64,000 nt of DNA from an uncultured delta proteobacterium (lineage in GTDB: Bacteria; Desulfobacterota; Desulfobacteria; Desulfobacterales; SG8-13): positions 620,001 to 684,000 of the forward strand of contig CAWKCK010000003.1 in assembly GCA_963848135.1 (NCBI GenBank). The letters run 5' to 3'. A program made the translations under genes and the position numbers. Under the pieces are notes generated by a model. That model ran no database searches and was not told where the DNA came from. It saw only the letters and a program-made list of their open reading frames with translations. How positions within the stretch are numbered: position 1 is the stretch's first letter; every line of letters starts with the position of its first letter. Below are positions 1-10,320 of the stretch, in pieces.

Positions 1-2
1 AG

Positions 3-875
3 ATTTCCGAAAGAGGATCTGGCTATGAACCGCAAGGCTCAGAGTTTAGGGCTGAAAACGAGAAGGGGAAAACGGAAAGCGATAAGCATAGAGCTGAAAG
101 CTCAAGGCTCAAAGCTGAAAGGAATAAGGAATACAAACATGGCCGTCGATTCGATCCGTTGAATGACGGTAGTTTTCAAATGCGGGGGTGGAATAAAAAA
201 CCGGCGGCACGAGACCCGGATACCACCGACGAAGGGTGGAAATATGTACCGGGACCGCGTGGTGATCAGGCCCGTTTTTGGCCGGTTCAGCGTTTCGGTG
301 ACCTGCAGGTCATCGGGCAGTTGAGAAATACCTATATCGCGTGTGAAACCCCTGCGGGATTGCTTCTTCTGGACCAGCATGCCGCCCACGAACGGGTGCT
401 TTACGAGCAGCTTCAAAAACGATCTGGAGCCCTGACGAAGGAGGCCCAGCGACTGCTTGTGCCGGAGACGGTCGAACTGGGGTTCCGGGAGGCCGGCATT
501 TTGGAAGAACTGCTGGCTGAGTTCAAATCCCTCGGGCTCGAGATCGAGCCTTTCGGCACCAACACGTTTGTCGTGCGAGCGGTTCCCGCTCTACTGACCG
601 GTCGAGAGATTGAACCGCTGATCCGCGAAATCGTGGAAAAATTGGCGGCTGACGGATTTACAAACGGTCTTGAGCAATCCATTGACACCTGTTTAAAACT
701 CATGGCCTGCCACGGGTCGATTCGGGCCAATCAGGCGCTCGATGAGCGACAGATCCGCCAACTGTTGCAGCAGCTCGATGCTTGCGAGAATCCTTCCCAT
801 TGCCCTCACGGGCGGCCGACGTGGTTGCAGTGGACGCGCCAGGAGATAGAAAAAGCTTTCAGCCGAATTATATGA
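3..875 (+). CDS. mutL: DNA mismatch repair protein MutL, C-terminal part (5' end outside window)
   Basis: Endonuclease motif DQHAAHERVLYE, ACH and CPHGRP motifs. The frame is open from position 3 to the TGA at 873-875. Confidence 0.96.
   Translation: MSERGSGYEPQGSEFRAENEKGKTESDKHRAESSRLKAERNKEYKHGRRFDPLNDGSFQMRGWNKKPAARDPDTTDEGWKYVPGPRGDQARFWPVQRFGDLQVIGQLRNTYIACETPAGLLLLDQHAAHERVLYEQLQKRSGALTKEAQRLLVPETVELGFREAGILEELLAEFKSLGLEIEPFGTNTFVVRAVPALLTGREIEPLIREIVEKLAADGFTNGLEQSIDTCLKLMACHGSIRANQALDERQIRQLLQQLDACENPSHCPHGRPTWLQWTRQEIEKAFSRII
93..120. repeat. Four tandem heptamers inside the MutL linker
   Basis: gctgaaa gctcaag gctcaaa gctgaaa read directly. Confidence 0.7.
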
Positions 876-901
876 GTCCTCGGGGAGTGTTCATCAACCG
901 G

Positions 902-1112
902 GAGCGGAGGGAATGATCAGCGACTTCAGCGGGCAAACTCTTGCATAAGGCAACCTAAGGAAAGAACAGTTTTCATAATAATATTTAATTGTTAAACAAA
1001 CCTCACCAATTGTCGCCCCCACCTGACAGCGATTGTTTTCTCTGTTCTTTCCCAAGGCTGCCTAATGCATTCAAACAGTGCCCGCTTGCGCTGCTGATCA
1101 TTCCCTCCGCTC
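902..1112. mobile_element. ~210-bp long inverted-repeat element (MITE-like)
   Basis: Perfect 20-bp terminal inverted repeat GAGCGGAGGGAATGATCAGC / GCTGATCATTCCCTCCGCTC, plus inner pairs agcgggca/tgcccgct and ggaaagaacag/ctgttctttcc around an AT-rich loop. Confidence 0.6.
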
Positions 1113-1155
1113 TGATGCCTCATTTGCGAGATAAACTCCCGATTATGAATTATAT

Positions 1156-1191
1156 AAAAAACCCCTGGAGGATTCGTCTCCAGGGGTTTTT
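1156..1191. terminator. Bidirectional intrinsic terminator between mutL and the FadL-like gene
   Basis: AAAAAA-CCCCTGGAG-gattcgt-CTCCAGGGG-TTTTT. Confidence 0.85.
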
Positions 1192-1228
1192 ATGTTTTTT
1201 CACATAAATTTTTCGTCGAAAAATTTAT

Positions 1229-2569
1229 TTAGAAGAACTTCCAGGTCACACCGGCTGACAGGTTCCACACATTTTTGTCGTATTCGACAGGCACACCAAA
1301 TAACTGGGTTGGATCGTTAGACACGCCAGTCACGGTTTTGTAGAAGACGTATGCGCCACCCAAAGTGATGTCCCAGGCCGGGGTCGGGCTGAACACGACA
1401 CCGCCGCCGAGGGTGTTGGCACTCAGTTTGGGCTCTTCAGGTTCGTTGATCTGCTGGTTGTTGTCAATCTTGATGTCTGTGTACAGATACCCGAGGCTGG
1501 CCTTCCACTTGGGGGAGAAGATGTATTCGGCGGTCAGGCCCAGGTCCCAGCTGTTGCCTTCGCCTTCGTACGTGTCGATGGTGGCGCTTTTTTCAAGGTA
1601 GAGGACATAGTTGACATCCACTTTGAACTGGGGCAGGAATTGATAGGATGCCCCGATTCCAATTTGGCCCGGGACATCGATCCGCCGCCGCGAGCCGTCC
1701 GCAAACCCCAACGCCGGTGCAATACCGAGGGTGTCCTGCTTGACGTCCATCTTGTAGTCCATCTTGGTGTTCATGATGTACGTCACGGCCCCGTTGAACT
1801 TTTTATAGGCGAAGTTGGCGCCGAAGATTCCGGCCCACCCGTCGGCATCCTCCTCGAGGTTAAGGCTCGGGACGAGGGGGGCGTTTATACCCGCAGGAAA
1901 CGGGGGTGAAGGTGCGGGGTTGGCGGCACTGATGATGGCTCCGCCATCGAATTCGCGAGTGCCGGTGGAATAGCGCACGCCTGCTGCAAAAGAGAACATC
2001 TCGTTGAGGGCGAAGGAGCCGCCGAGGGTGAAACCGAGCACCGAACTCTGCTTGACATTGAGCTCCATGGCATCGATCTGGTTGTAAAAAAACGTGGATG
2101 GAACACCGCCGGCTCCCAACAAGGCGTTTGCATTGGCGGCAACCCCCTGGGCCAGGGCCACGGTGCGGGCGTCACCGTCCTTGTAATCCAGCTCTCCGCC
2201 GCCGGCCGGAACGGTGAAAGCGAAAAACCCGGCCCAACGGTCTCTTTTGTAAAGGGCGAAGGCCGCCGGGATAATCGAGGGATCGTCCGCACTCAGCTTC
2301 CCGAATCCCGGGACATTGTTGGAATAATCCTTGTTAAAGTATAATCCGTCGATCTTGGCGTAGGCGCCGTTTTCCATCTTCATGATACCGGCGGGGTTGT
2401 AGACGGCAATGTCGGGATAATCCGTTGCCGCGCTGCGATTGAGCGTGCGCATGTAGTCCGCGCTCTGGTTGTTCTTGTTGATGATGCCGCCGGCATACAG
2501 CGGGGATGCCGTCAAGGTCAGCAGGCACAAAATTCCGATAGCCCCAAACAGTGTTAAGCCCTTTCTCAT
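1229..2569 (-). CDS. OmpP1/FadL-family outer-membrane long-chain fatty acid/hydrophobic compound transporter
   Basis: Signal peptide MRKGLTLF...LYA, hatch motif YNPAG, alternating beta strands, C-terminal aromatic F. ATG at 2569 preceded by a GA-rich SD; the ORF-track start at 2707 is probably too long. Confidence 0.85.
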   Translation of the reverse strand: MRKGLTLFGAIGILCLLTLTASPLYAGGIINKNNQSADYMRTLNRSAATDYPDIAVYNPAGIMKMENGAYAKIDGLYFNKDYSNNVPGFGKLSADDPSIIPAAFALYKRDRWAGFFAFTVPAGGGELDYKDGDARTVALAQGVAANANALLGAGGVPSTFFYNQIDAMELNVKQSSVLGFTLGGSFALNEMFSFAAGVRYSTGTREFDGGAIISAANPAPSPPFPAGINAPLVPSLNLEEDADGWAGIFGANFAYKKFNGAVTYIMNTKMDYKMDVKQDTLGIAPALGFADGSRRRIDVPGQIGIGASYQFLPQFKVDVNYVLYLEKSATIDTYEGEGNSWDLGLTAEYIFSPKWKASLGYLYTDIKIDNNQQINEPEEPKLSANTLGGGVVFSPTPAWDITLGGAYVFYKTVTGVSNDPTQLFGVPVEYDKNVWNLSAGVTWKFF

Positions 2570-3790
2570 CCTTCCTCCCTCCTCTCGGCGATTAACTGGA
2601 AAAAAACGGTTTCCTCTCTGATCTTCTCCCCAATATTTTAAATGATTTATCCAGGTTAAGTCAAATATATTCTTCAGTGTTGCGTAAAGTTTGTGAATCC
2701 GGTTCAAGTGATTCTCTCCTCAGTTTCTTGCTGTATCCCGGCGCGGCGTCTGATCCCGTTCCAACGGCTGACAACCTCAGGAAAATGGGCCTGTGAGTTC
2801 GATCGCGGCCGTATTCGTCGGCAAGATACCGATAGTTTCATGTATACAAGGCCTCACCCTTCAGCTCCGGTATGCCAGGGAACTAATAACAATATTAACA
2901 GACTGTTAATGAAATGTCTGGGGAAAGCGTTCCAATATGTCAATGCCCCCGGGCAAGTCGCCCGGGGAATAAGGGTTTGACTGCGTTATGTCTGCGTGCG
3001 TCTGCGGTTAATTTATGTATTAATTTTAATAAGATATGAATAATTTACCCGCAAAATCCACCAACTTTTGAGATTATCCTCTTTTTTTAGGGGCCGGTTC
3101 TTATCGCGAAAAGAAGTAATTGGCGACGCCTAAATAGGCATAAATAGGCCGGTTGCGAAAAAATAAGTTGATTTTTAGAAAAATTTCCGCTACGATTTTT
3201 GCGGTTTGTTTTTTAGGGTCGGAAAGAACGGTATTGGAAGATAAACGGTTCAACGTCTTATTTGCTTGACTTCCGTTTTCCGGCTTGATAATTGAACCAC
3301 TCCATGCGCGAGTTTCCATGCCGCGCAGACTGAAAGCTGAATACCGACGGTAACGGGCTTTGGTTCCTTGAGTGACGTTTCGCAAGTTGAGCCGATCAAA
3401 CCCTATCCGGACTGTAGAAATATGACGAATCGTCTCTTGCAGATATTCGTGGACACCATTGGTAAAATTTTCGCAACAGGGCCCTTGGGCCCCGTCAGGA
3501 TGCTGATCTCTTGCGGCCGTGCTGGCACGGTGCCGGAAGGGGCGGCGTCCTTTTTGCTTTTATAGTGTGGTCCCGGCGCCGTTCGCCAAGCATGTGAGTG
3601 GCGACGGTGCCTTTTTCCGCGGCAACCCTCGAGGGCTGCCGGAACCTGAAACCCGCTAAACGATAACGAAAGGAGGTGGTGGCCCCAGCGCTTTTTTACG
3701 ATGATGATTATGAGGATGATCATTATTGAGGATGTTTCATTGGTTTGAGGATTTTTTGTTTGTTTGACACTTTTTAAGGAGGAACTACAG

Positions 3791-5013
3791 ATGAAAAAGT
3801 ATACCATTATTTTTATTGCCGTTGCGCTGGCCGTCGTTTTCGTCGGCACCGCCATGGCCAACGAGTGGAACCTGTACGGCAGCGCCCGTGTAGCGACCTT
3901 TTACACCAGCGACAAACTCGAAGCTCGGCAACTGCTCGATGACGCCGACCGTGACAGCATCAAAAACACCGATGTGGAATCTGCAGACCAACTCCCGCAT
4001 CGGCGCCAACGTCAAGGGTGACGTGATCGACGCCCAGTTCGAGTTTGGTGTTACCTCCGATGGTGGTGGCGGTAATGTCAGCTCCCGCCGGATCTACGGC
4101 GTGTGGAAGTTCGCCGAGGGTTGGGGGCTCAAGGTCGGTAAAGACTACACCCCGATGACCTTCTTTCTGTCCGGCCAGGCCTTCGGTGACGATGCCGGTC
4201 TGCTCCAGGTCGGTAACGCTTACGGCGCCCGCCGCGGCCAGTTGGAGCTGCGGGGTAAGCTAGGACCCGGAATGTTCAAGTTCGCCGCTATCGATAACCC
4301 GGCCGGCACGGTATCGGTCGTCGATGATGACCCACTCGACTCGGTACCACCTATGTCGGTGCGGGGAACGAGTCCTATATCCCGAAACTGGAAGCGTCTT
4401 ACCAGATGATGTTCGGTGACCTGGGATCGGCCCATGCCTTCGCCGGTTTTGCCAGCCAGAAATACTATTTTACTGAAACCACTGCCGGTGTCCCGATCCC
4501 GAATCAATTCAGCAAAACCACCACCTCCTGGATGGTCGGTTTGGGCGCTGATTTAAACTTCGGCCCGATGTTCGTCAAACCCCAGGCCAGTTACTACCAG
4601 AACGGCGGATCTGCCGGCTGGCTCGGTGGTGCCATTGCGAATGCCTCCGGTCTTGGCGTGGATGACGGCTTCCTTTCTACCGGCCCCGTTCTGGTGGGCA
4701 ACAAAGTTAATCGACGCCAACGCCTTCATGGCCATGCTGGCCCTCGGATTTTGCTCCCACGGAGCAGCTGACTCTCGAGATCGGCGGTGGATATCTCTAC
4801 AACAAGGGCAAGGATGACGCCCCAATCAAAGACAACACTTACTACGAACTGTACCTGCAGGCGGTCTATGCCATGGCCCCGGGCGTCTTCCTGGTGCCTG
4901 AAGTCGGTTACCGTGATTTCGGCAAGCTCGAGTTACGAATGATGGTCTTGACCCCGGATGCCGATCTTGGCAACCTGTGGTATGTGGGTGCCAAATGGCA
5001 GATCAACTTCTAA
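3791..5013 (+). pseudogene. Outer-membrane porin-like beta-barrel protein broken by at least four frameshifts (possibly sequencing errors)
   Basis: SD AGGAGG, signal peptide MKKYTIIF...TAMA, mature start NEWNLYGSAR, C-terminus YVGAKWQINF*. Frame jumps near 3970, 4340, 4709 and 4750 join the ORF-track pieces 3764-4021, 3939-4409, 4406-4771, 4626-4817 and a final segment. Confidence 0.8.
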
Positions 5014-5049
5014 TTTAAATTCGGCCTGGCCGAGTTTAAATGGGTAAAC

Positions 5050-5083
5050 AAAAAAACCCGGAGCTTTGGCTCCGGGTTTTTTT
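5050..5083 (+). terminator. Intrinsic terminator after the porin gene
   Basis: AAAAAAA-CCCGGAGC-tttg-GCTCCGGG-TTTTTTT. Confidence 0.88.
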
Positions 5084-5135
5084 ATGGCGGCGGCTATGCC
5101 GCCGGAGGGTAAGCCACTGGGATGAACGCGACTAT

Positions 5136-5402
5136 CTATTCATGGTGTGCGACCCATTCTAAGGATGTGAACAACGCGGAGATCTTTATCCAGGGCATAG
5201 ACGATGCGATCTTGAGTAATGATGCGGCGGGAATAAAACCCTTGAGGTTTCCGGTGTGTTTTTCGAACGACGGTGGCGGTGACTTGAAAGGATTCTCCTG
5301 CAGCAAATCCAAAAGGAGTTCCGCCTGAGGTTTCAGACCGGAGGCTTTAAGTCTATCGGCATCTTTAACGGTCTTCCTATACAGAATGACCCGTCAACTC
5401 AC
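5136..5402 (-). pseudogene. yoeB: Txe/YoeB-family toxin pseudogene, with a remnant of the antitoxin 3' end at ~5399-5460
   Basis: Manual translation: MS*RVILYRKTVKDADRLKASGLKPQAELLLDLLQENPFKSPPPSFEKHTGNLKG / YSRRIITQDRIVYALDKDLRVVHILRM, with a codon-3 TGA and frameshifts. Upstream fragments IKEGM and EELGW* overlap the GTG start. Confidence 0.8.
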
Positions 5403-5572
5403 CAGCCGAGTTCCTCCCCAGCGGCATTCCCTCTTTGATGGGCTCTTCGGCTGCCGCATGTATACTCTCAACCAACCCTGACATTCGGTTCAAATAAAGT
5501 GTTTCTATAGTGGCCATCCAATCTTTTTCACCCAGGACAACAAAGTTTTCTCCATTGCGTCGGTTTACTCTT

Positions 5573-5774
5573 ACCTCGGTTGAGCGGTTGAAGGTTCACG
5601 GTTCCCAGTTAAAGTGCCATAACGGGTCTCTAACAATCGTAACCGCATCAATGGGGTTGAATTCTAAATTCACCCAATGGAGTGAAAGTGGCCAATCCAA
5701 TCAATGGCGTGTAAAGTCTAAGATATCAATTTTTTATAACCTCTGAACCTTGAACCCTGAACCTGGAACCAATC
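5573..5774 (+). repeat. ~200-bp dispersed repeat, copy A
   Basis: Aligns over its full length with 19323-19541 and the reverse complement of 17795-18007. Confidence 0.85.
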
Positions 5775-5809
5775 AGGTCTTAAGATCAGAGAGAATTTTC
5801 GCCGATGGG

Positions 5810-5945
5810 AAATTCCCCCTGGCCTCCCTTTATGAATGGGGGGGACGTTTGCACGCCGGCAGCCTTTCTTGTCGCAAGGGTCGTGTTGAAGCCACTCCAC
5901 GTCTTAAACCGTTCCCCCTTTGACAAAGGGGGTCAGGGGGATTTT
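5810..5945. repeat. REP-like composite palindrome
   Basis: Arms AATTCCCCCTGGCCTCCCTTT..GGGGGGAC and GTTCCCCCTTTGACAAAGGGGGTCAGGGGGATTT. Confidence 0.65.
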
Positions 5946-6062
5946 ATTCCGCGCAAATATCGGGATGGTTGTAAAACAGGAGTTTACCAGTTTGAAATCG
6001 CTTTATCCCCTTTCAAACCAAAACGGGGATAAAGCGTGAGGGATGATGACACGAAAAAGTCT

Positions 6063-7766
6063 TTACTGCCCGGTGGTGGTGTCCGGGTTGGCGGGGACGG
6101 CTTCCAGCTCGTAGGCGATCAGGGCCGATTTGGGGGAGGTCAGCATGACCGAACCCGATTTTGCCACCAGGGCGATCAGCAGTTCCTCGCGGCCGTCATC
6201 ATCGAAGTCGGCCACCTGGATGTCGCGGATGAACCCGGACACCTTGCGGGTCGACCACACCGGCGCCAGCCCGACCCCGTCCCAGGAGAAGGCCTCGATG
6301 CTGGCGTCGGTAAAATCGCGCCGGTCCAAGCGCATGCCCGCGAAATCATGGTTCCTGACCGCGACCACCTGGCTCTTGGCCCCTTCTTCGCCCGGGGTGG
6401 CGTTGCGGACCAAAATCCGCATGGGCAGCCAGACGGGGTTTTGGATCTGCCCTTGGTCGGTCTTTTCGCCTTCGAGAAAGAGGGTGCTGCCGCCATATCT
6501 GTCACCGCTTTTCCAGAGCGACTCCCCGCCCGGCGAGACGATCACGATGCGGTTGCCTTGATTGATGGCCACCAGGGTCTCCTCGCCATTGTTCTGCACG
6601 TCGCCCAGGGCGACCCCCAGGACGTTGATGCGCGTGCGCCCGGGGGTACTCACAGGGTTCTGGGGCACGTAGGCGCCACCGTCCCATCCCATTTCGAAAA
6701 TCGCGCCCCGGTAGGGATCATACAGGCGCGCCTTCTGCCCCAGAAGGACGCGGCCGCGGACCGGCAGGTCGCTGGCCCTGAAATACCAGGCCAGACCCTT
6801 TTCGAGCTCAACGATCGCCTTGCCGTCGAATTCACGGACATAGGATCGTACGGCAGTCTTGAACTGGTTCAGGGCCGTGACGAAAATTTCGGCCCGGCCG
6901 TTACCGTTGAGGTCGGCCACATCCACGCCGATGTTATAATTTTCAGAATCGGTGTCCTGGCGGGCGATTTCCACGAGGCGGCTCGTCCTGAAGACGGTAG
7001 ATGTACATCTGATCAGGGCTGACTACGACAATTTCGCTGCGGCCGTCACCATCCACGTCGCCGACGGCCATGCCGTTGATCAGGTACTTGAAATTGGGGC
7101 CTTTCCACATGTTGGGCGATCGCAGGAGCAGATCATTCCGGGTGACAAACGGGGAGACCTGGGTCTCACCCTTGCGGTAGAGCGTTTCCGGGTGCGCCTG
7201 GGACGCATCCTTGGCGCTTGGTGGGGGAGCCGCGGGGGCCGGTGCGGCGGCAACGGATTTACCCGGTGTTCCCCGGTCGAAAACCCGCGCGTTGATGTCG
7301 GCCGCAAACTGGTCGATCGACGGGATGATCCCCCCGATATCCGGGCTTTGGGTGAAAACAGCCACCGGCGGTTTGGCACCCGACACATCGATCATTTTGG
7401 CGTCGATGCTGAGGCTTTCACCGAGCATGGTCAGGCTGCCGAAAAGAACGTGGTCCGCGGCCAGTGTTTGACCGAGTTTGCGGGCAGCGGCCTCATCCTG
7501 CGGGCCAACCGCACCCGCGAGTGCCGTGTCGATCTCGGCCCGGCTCAGGACCTGGACCTGGCCCGGGTCAGACAAGCGACTGGAGAGCATGTCGAAGATG
7601 CCGTTTTGCAGGAATGTCAGGTCCTTTTCGGCATTGATCTTAAACGGCAACAGGGCCACCCGCTGCGGATCGGCGGCCGATCGCACCTCCCGTTAACCTT
7701 CCGGTGACGATCGAACATCGTTGCGATGATGATAATGATGAATCGAATGAAAACTCTATTTTTCAA
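6063..7766 (-). pseudogene. Secreted FG-GAP/VCBS-repeat protein with TolB-N/CsgG-like N-terminal domain, frameshifted (possibly sequencing errors)
   Basis: RVALLPF...DMLSSRL domain; repeats VGDVDGDGRSEIV, VADLNGNGRAEIF, VADFDDDGREELL. SD GGAGG plus TTG at 7766. Single-base frame jumps near 7712, 7678 and 6982. Confidence 0.75.
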
Positions 7767-7793
7767 AAAATACCTCCGATGCAAAAAGTCTGC

Positions 7794-8207
7794 TTACATA
7801 GTCCTTCCTTCGATAAAATCTTTTGGCCTCATGGCCGTATCAGGAAAGGATCTTAATATCTTTTTATCCATCGTTATTAATGGGATGCGATGTTCGCGAG
7901 CAAGGGCAACGAATTCGCAATCATAGGCTGAGCAATCGCTTTTCGAAACCAGTCGAAGTATGCTCGGTGAAGTCAATGAATACTCATTTCCCCTCATAAG
8001 CAGTTCTGCCTGCTCCACTATTTCCAGCGCATCTTCTATCGTTAACAGGCTTTTCCGAACGCTTACAGCAAGGACATTTCGAAATTCACTCCGCCACAAG
8101 AATGGTGCTGCCCAATGATGATCCTTGTGTAAAACTGTTTCAGAAATTTCTGTGAAATCACCATATATAAAAAGATAACAGATAATATTTGTGTCTACCG
8201 CGATCAT
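7794..8207 (-). CDS. vapC: PIN-domain VapC toxin
   Basis: IAVDTN, E..NVL, SAYD..FVALA and LITMD motifs; 4-nt overlap with the upstream antitoxin. Confidence 0.92.
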   Translation of the reverse strand: MIAVDTNIICYLFIYGDFTEISETVLHKDHHWAAPFLWRSEFRNVLAVSVRKSLLTIEDALEIVEQAELLMRGNEYSLTSPSILRLVSKSDCSAYDCEFVALAREHRIPLITMDKKILRSFPDTAMRPKDFIEGRTM

Positions 8208-8449
8208 GGACGACCTTCATTTTTAGCTTTGTATATAAAATTATCTGTCAATTGAATTCGATTTGTTCTTTCCCTTAGTTTTCTGACGGTGATGAGAAAT
8301 TTCTCCGGATCTATTTTTTTGCAGCATAAGGCGTTTTCGATGATCGAGATGACTTCATTGTTTATACTGCGGCGGTGCTCGGCAGCATTTTGTTTGATCA
8401 ATTCATACAGATCATGCGGAATGTTTTTTAAGGTTATAGTTGTCGGCAT
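8204..8449 (-). CDS. Arc/ribbon-helix-helix (FitA-like) antitoxin
   Basis: TITLKNIP.DLYE.IK..A..HRRSINNE pattern; directly upstream of the PIN toxin. Confidence 0.88.
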   Translation of the reverse strand: MPTTITLKNIPHDLYELIKQNAAEHRRSINNEVISIIENALCCKKIDPEKFLITVRKLRERTNRIQLTDNFIYKAKNEGRP

Positions 8450-8481
8450 GTCACCTCCCAGTTTGGTTCCAAATTGGTTCT

Positions 8482-8510
8482 ATATTGGAACTATTCCTTT
8501 GCCGTGTCAA
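8482..8510 (-). promoter_or_regulatory. Putative sigma70 promoter of the TA operon
   Basis: TTGACA-17 nt-CAATAT on the minus strand; TTGGTTC direct repeats at ~8463-8480 are a possible operator. Confidence 0.5.
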
Positions 8511-8541
8511 GTACATTAAACAGCTGATGTCCCTATCGTAC

Positions 8542-8676
8542 GTCTAATTCATAAATGAGGATATTTTTCGTTGGGCAAGGCCGCACATAGGTTTGCGGTG
8601 AGGCGTACTTTTGTACGCCGCAACCGGAAAACCTGCGGAGAACGCCGTCCAGCGGAAAATAGACCATTTATGTTGA
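8542..8676. repeat. REP/MITE-like hairpin element, homologous to 38336-38488 in opposite orientation
   Basis: Termini CATAAATG/CATTTATG, central GGCGTAC-tttt-GTACGCC; shared internal sequence with the second copy. Confidence 0.75.
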
Positions 8677-8677
8677 T

Positions 8678-10105
8678 TTATCGAAGTTTTGATTTCAGTA
8701 TTTCATTAACCACCTGTGGATTGGCCTTGCCCTTGGTTTCGCGCATCACCTGCCCCACGAAAAAGCCGATCAGTTTGTCCTTCCCATTCCGAAAAGCCTG
8801 CGCTTCTTCGGGGTGTGCGGCCAGTATTTTGTCGATGAGCGTCTCGATTTGGGAGGCATCGCTGACCTGCACCAGGCCTTGTTCCTTCACGATCCGATCC
8901 GGGTCCCGGCCACTCAGAGCCATCTCGTCAAAGACAGTTTTGGCGATCTTGCCGCTGATGGTCCCGTCTTCGATGAGTTTAAGCAGGCGAGCCAAATCTG
9001 CCGGAGAAACCGGAGAGGCATCGATGGTTTTGCCCGCGGCATTCAGCAAACCCAAAAGGGGCCCCATGATCCAGTTGCTGACCTGTTTGGGGTTGTCGAA
9101 AGATGTGATGCAGTCCTCGAAATACTGGGCCAGTTCGCGGTCGGATGTCAAGAGCTCGGCATCGTAGGCCGGTAGTCCGTACTCCTTGATGAACCGCGAT
9201 TTCCTGGCTTCCGGCAGTTCGGGCAGATCCTTACGCACACTTTCGATCCATGCTGCTTCGATCACCAGCGGCAGCAAGTCCGGGTCGGGGAAATAGCGGT
9301 AATCATGGGCCTCTTCCTTGCCGCGCATGGCGGTCGAGCGGTTGTGTTCCGGATCCCACAGCCGCGTTTCCTGGATTACCGTGTGGCCGTCTATGATTGT
9401 TTCCTTTTGGCGCAAGATCTCGTACTGCAGGGCTTTTTCAACGTGCCTGAAGGAATTGAGGTTTTTCAGTTCGGTGCGGGTTCCCAAGGTCTGGGTGCCG
9501 GCCGGCCGGATCGACACGTTGGCATCACAGCGGAAACTTCCCTCTTCGAGGTTACCGTCACAAATTCCAAGGTAGCGCACCACGGCGCGCAGTTTGCGCA
9601 GGTAGGCCCCGGCTTCTTCCGGTGAACCGAGGTCCGGTTCACTGACAATTTCGATCAGAGGCACACCGGTGCGGTTGAAATCGACCTGGCTGACCGGCTG
9701 CGTGGGGTCGTGCACCAGTTTGCCGGCGTCCTCTTCCATGTGAATCCGGTTGATGCCGATCCGTTTTGGTTTTCCGTTGGCCGGGATGTCAATCCAGCCG
9801 TTTTTGGCGATGGGAAGCTCGTACTGGGAAATCTGATACCCTTTGGGCAAGTCGGGGTAGAAGTAATTTTTACGGGCGAAACGGCTTTCGGTATTGATTT
9901 CGCAATGCGTCGCCAGGGCCATGCGCAGGGTGTACTCGACCACCTTGCGATTGAGCACCGGCAGAACTCCCGGCATACCGAGGCAGACCGGACAGGTGTG
10001 CGTGTTGGGGGGTGATCCGAAGGCGGTAGAGCAGCTGCAGAAGATTTTTGTCCTGGTTTTGAGCTGGGCGTGGATTTCCAGCCCGATGACCGGTTCAAAT
10101 TCCAT
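8678..10105 (-). CDS. gatB: Asp-tRNA(Asn)/Glu-tRNA(Gln) amidotransferase subunit B
   Basis: [53 protein letters not shown] at 10105 with SD AGGAG. Confidence 0.98.
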   Translation of the reverse strand: MEFEPVIGLEIHAQLKTRTKIFCSCSTAFGSPPNTHTCPVCLGMPGVLPVLNRKVVEYTLRMALATHCEINTESRFARKNYFYPDLPKGYQISQYELPIAKNGWIDIPANGKPKRIGINRIHMEEDAGKLVHDPTQPVSQVDFNRTGVPLIEIVSEPDLGSPEEAGAYLRKLRAVVRYLGICDGNLEEGSFRCDANVSIRPAGTQTLGTRTELKNLNSFRHVEKALQYEILRQKETIIDGHTVIQETRLWDPEHNRSTAMRGKEEAHDYRYFPDPDLLPLVIEAAWIESVRKDLPELPEARKSRFIKEYGLPAYDAELLTSDRELAQYFEDCITSFDNPKQVSNWIMGPLLGLLNAAGKTIDASPVSPADLARLLKLIEDGTISGKIAKTVFDEMALSGRDPDRIVKEQGLVQVSDASQIETLIDKILAAHPEEAQAFRNGKDKLIGFFVGQVMRETKGKANPQVVNEILKSKLR

Positions 10106-10320
10106 CCTGACTCCTATGATCAACGGGGACGGCTGTTGCCAGAATAGGCACAACGGCCCTCCAGGATCAATATCAGCGGTTGCGAGAAACTCAAAATATT
10201 GATTGATTGCCGCTCAATAGTCAAGTGAATAAATAACCGTTTTTCACCGCAAAATAGACGCTATCGGCGCCGTTGGGTAAGGGGCCCGCATGTCGGTCGA
10301 TCTCAACCCATCCGGTTCAA

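Noticed and set aside
3669..3690. AAAGGAGGTG..CCAGC as a 16S rRNA 3' end fragment
   Set aside because: Only about 10 nt match and the flanks show no rRNA similarity.
5394..5396. In-frame TGA in yoeB as selenocysteine or Trp recoding
   Set aside because: The gene has additional frameshifts and TGA is used as a normal stop throughout the window.
5510..5746. Similar short ORFs at 5510-5746 and 19246-19431 (VERL.VHGSQLKCHN) as a precursor-peptide family
   Set aside because: The similarity comes from the 200-bp DNA repeat; starts and stops are not conserved between copies.
6036..7707. Long plus-strand ORFs 6036-7022 and 6952-7707
   Set aside because: Antisense shadows of the GC-rich FG-GAP gene; no recognisable motifs.
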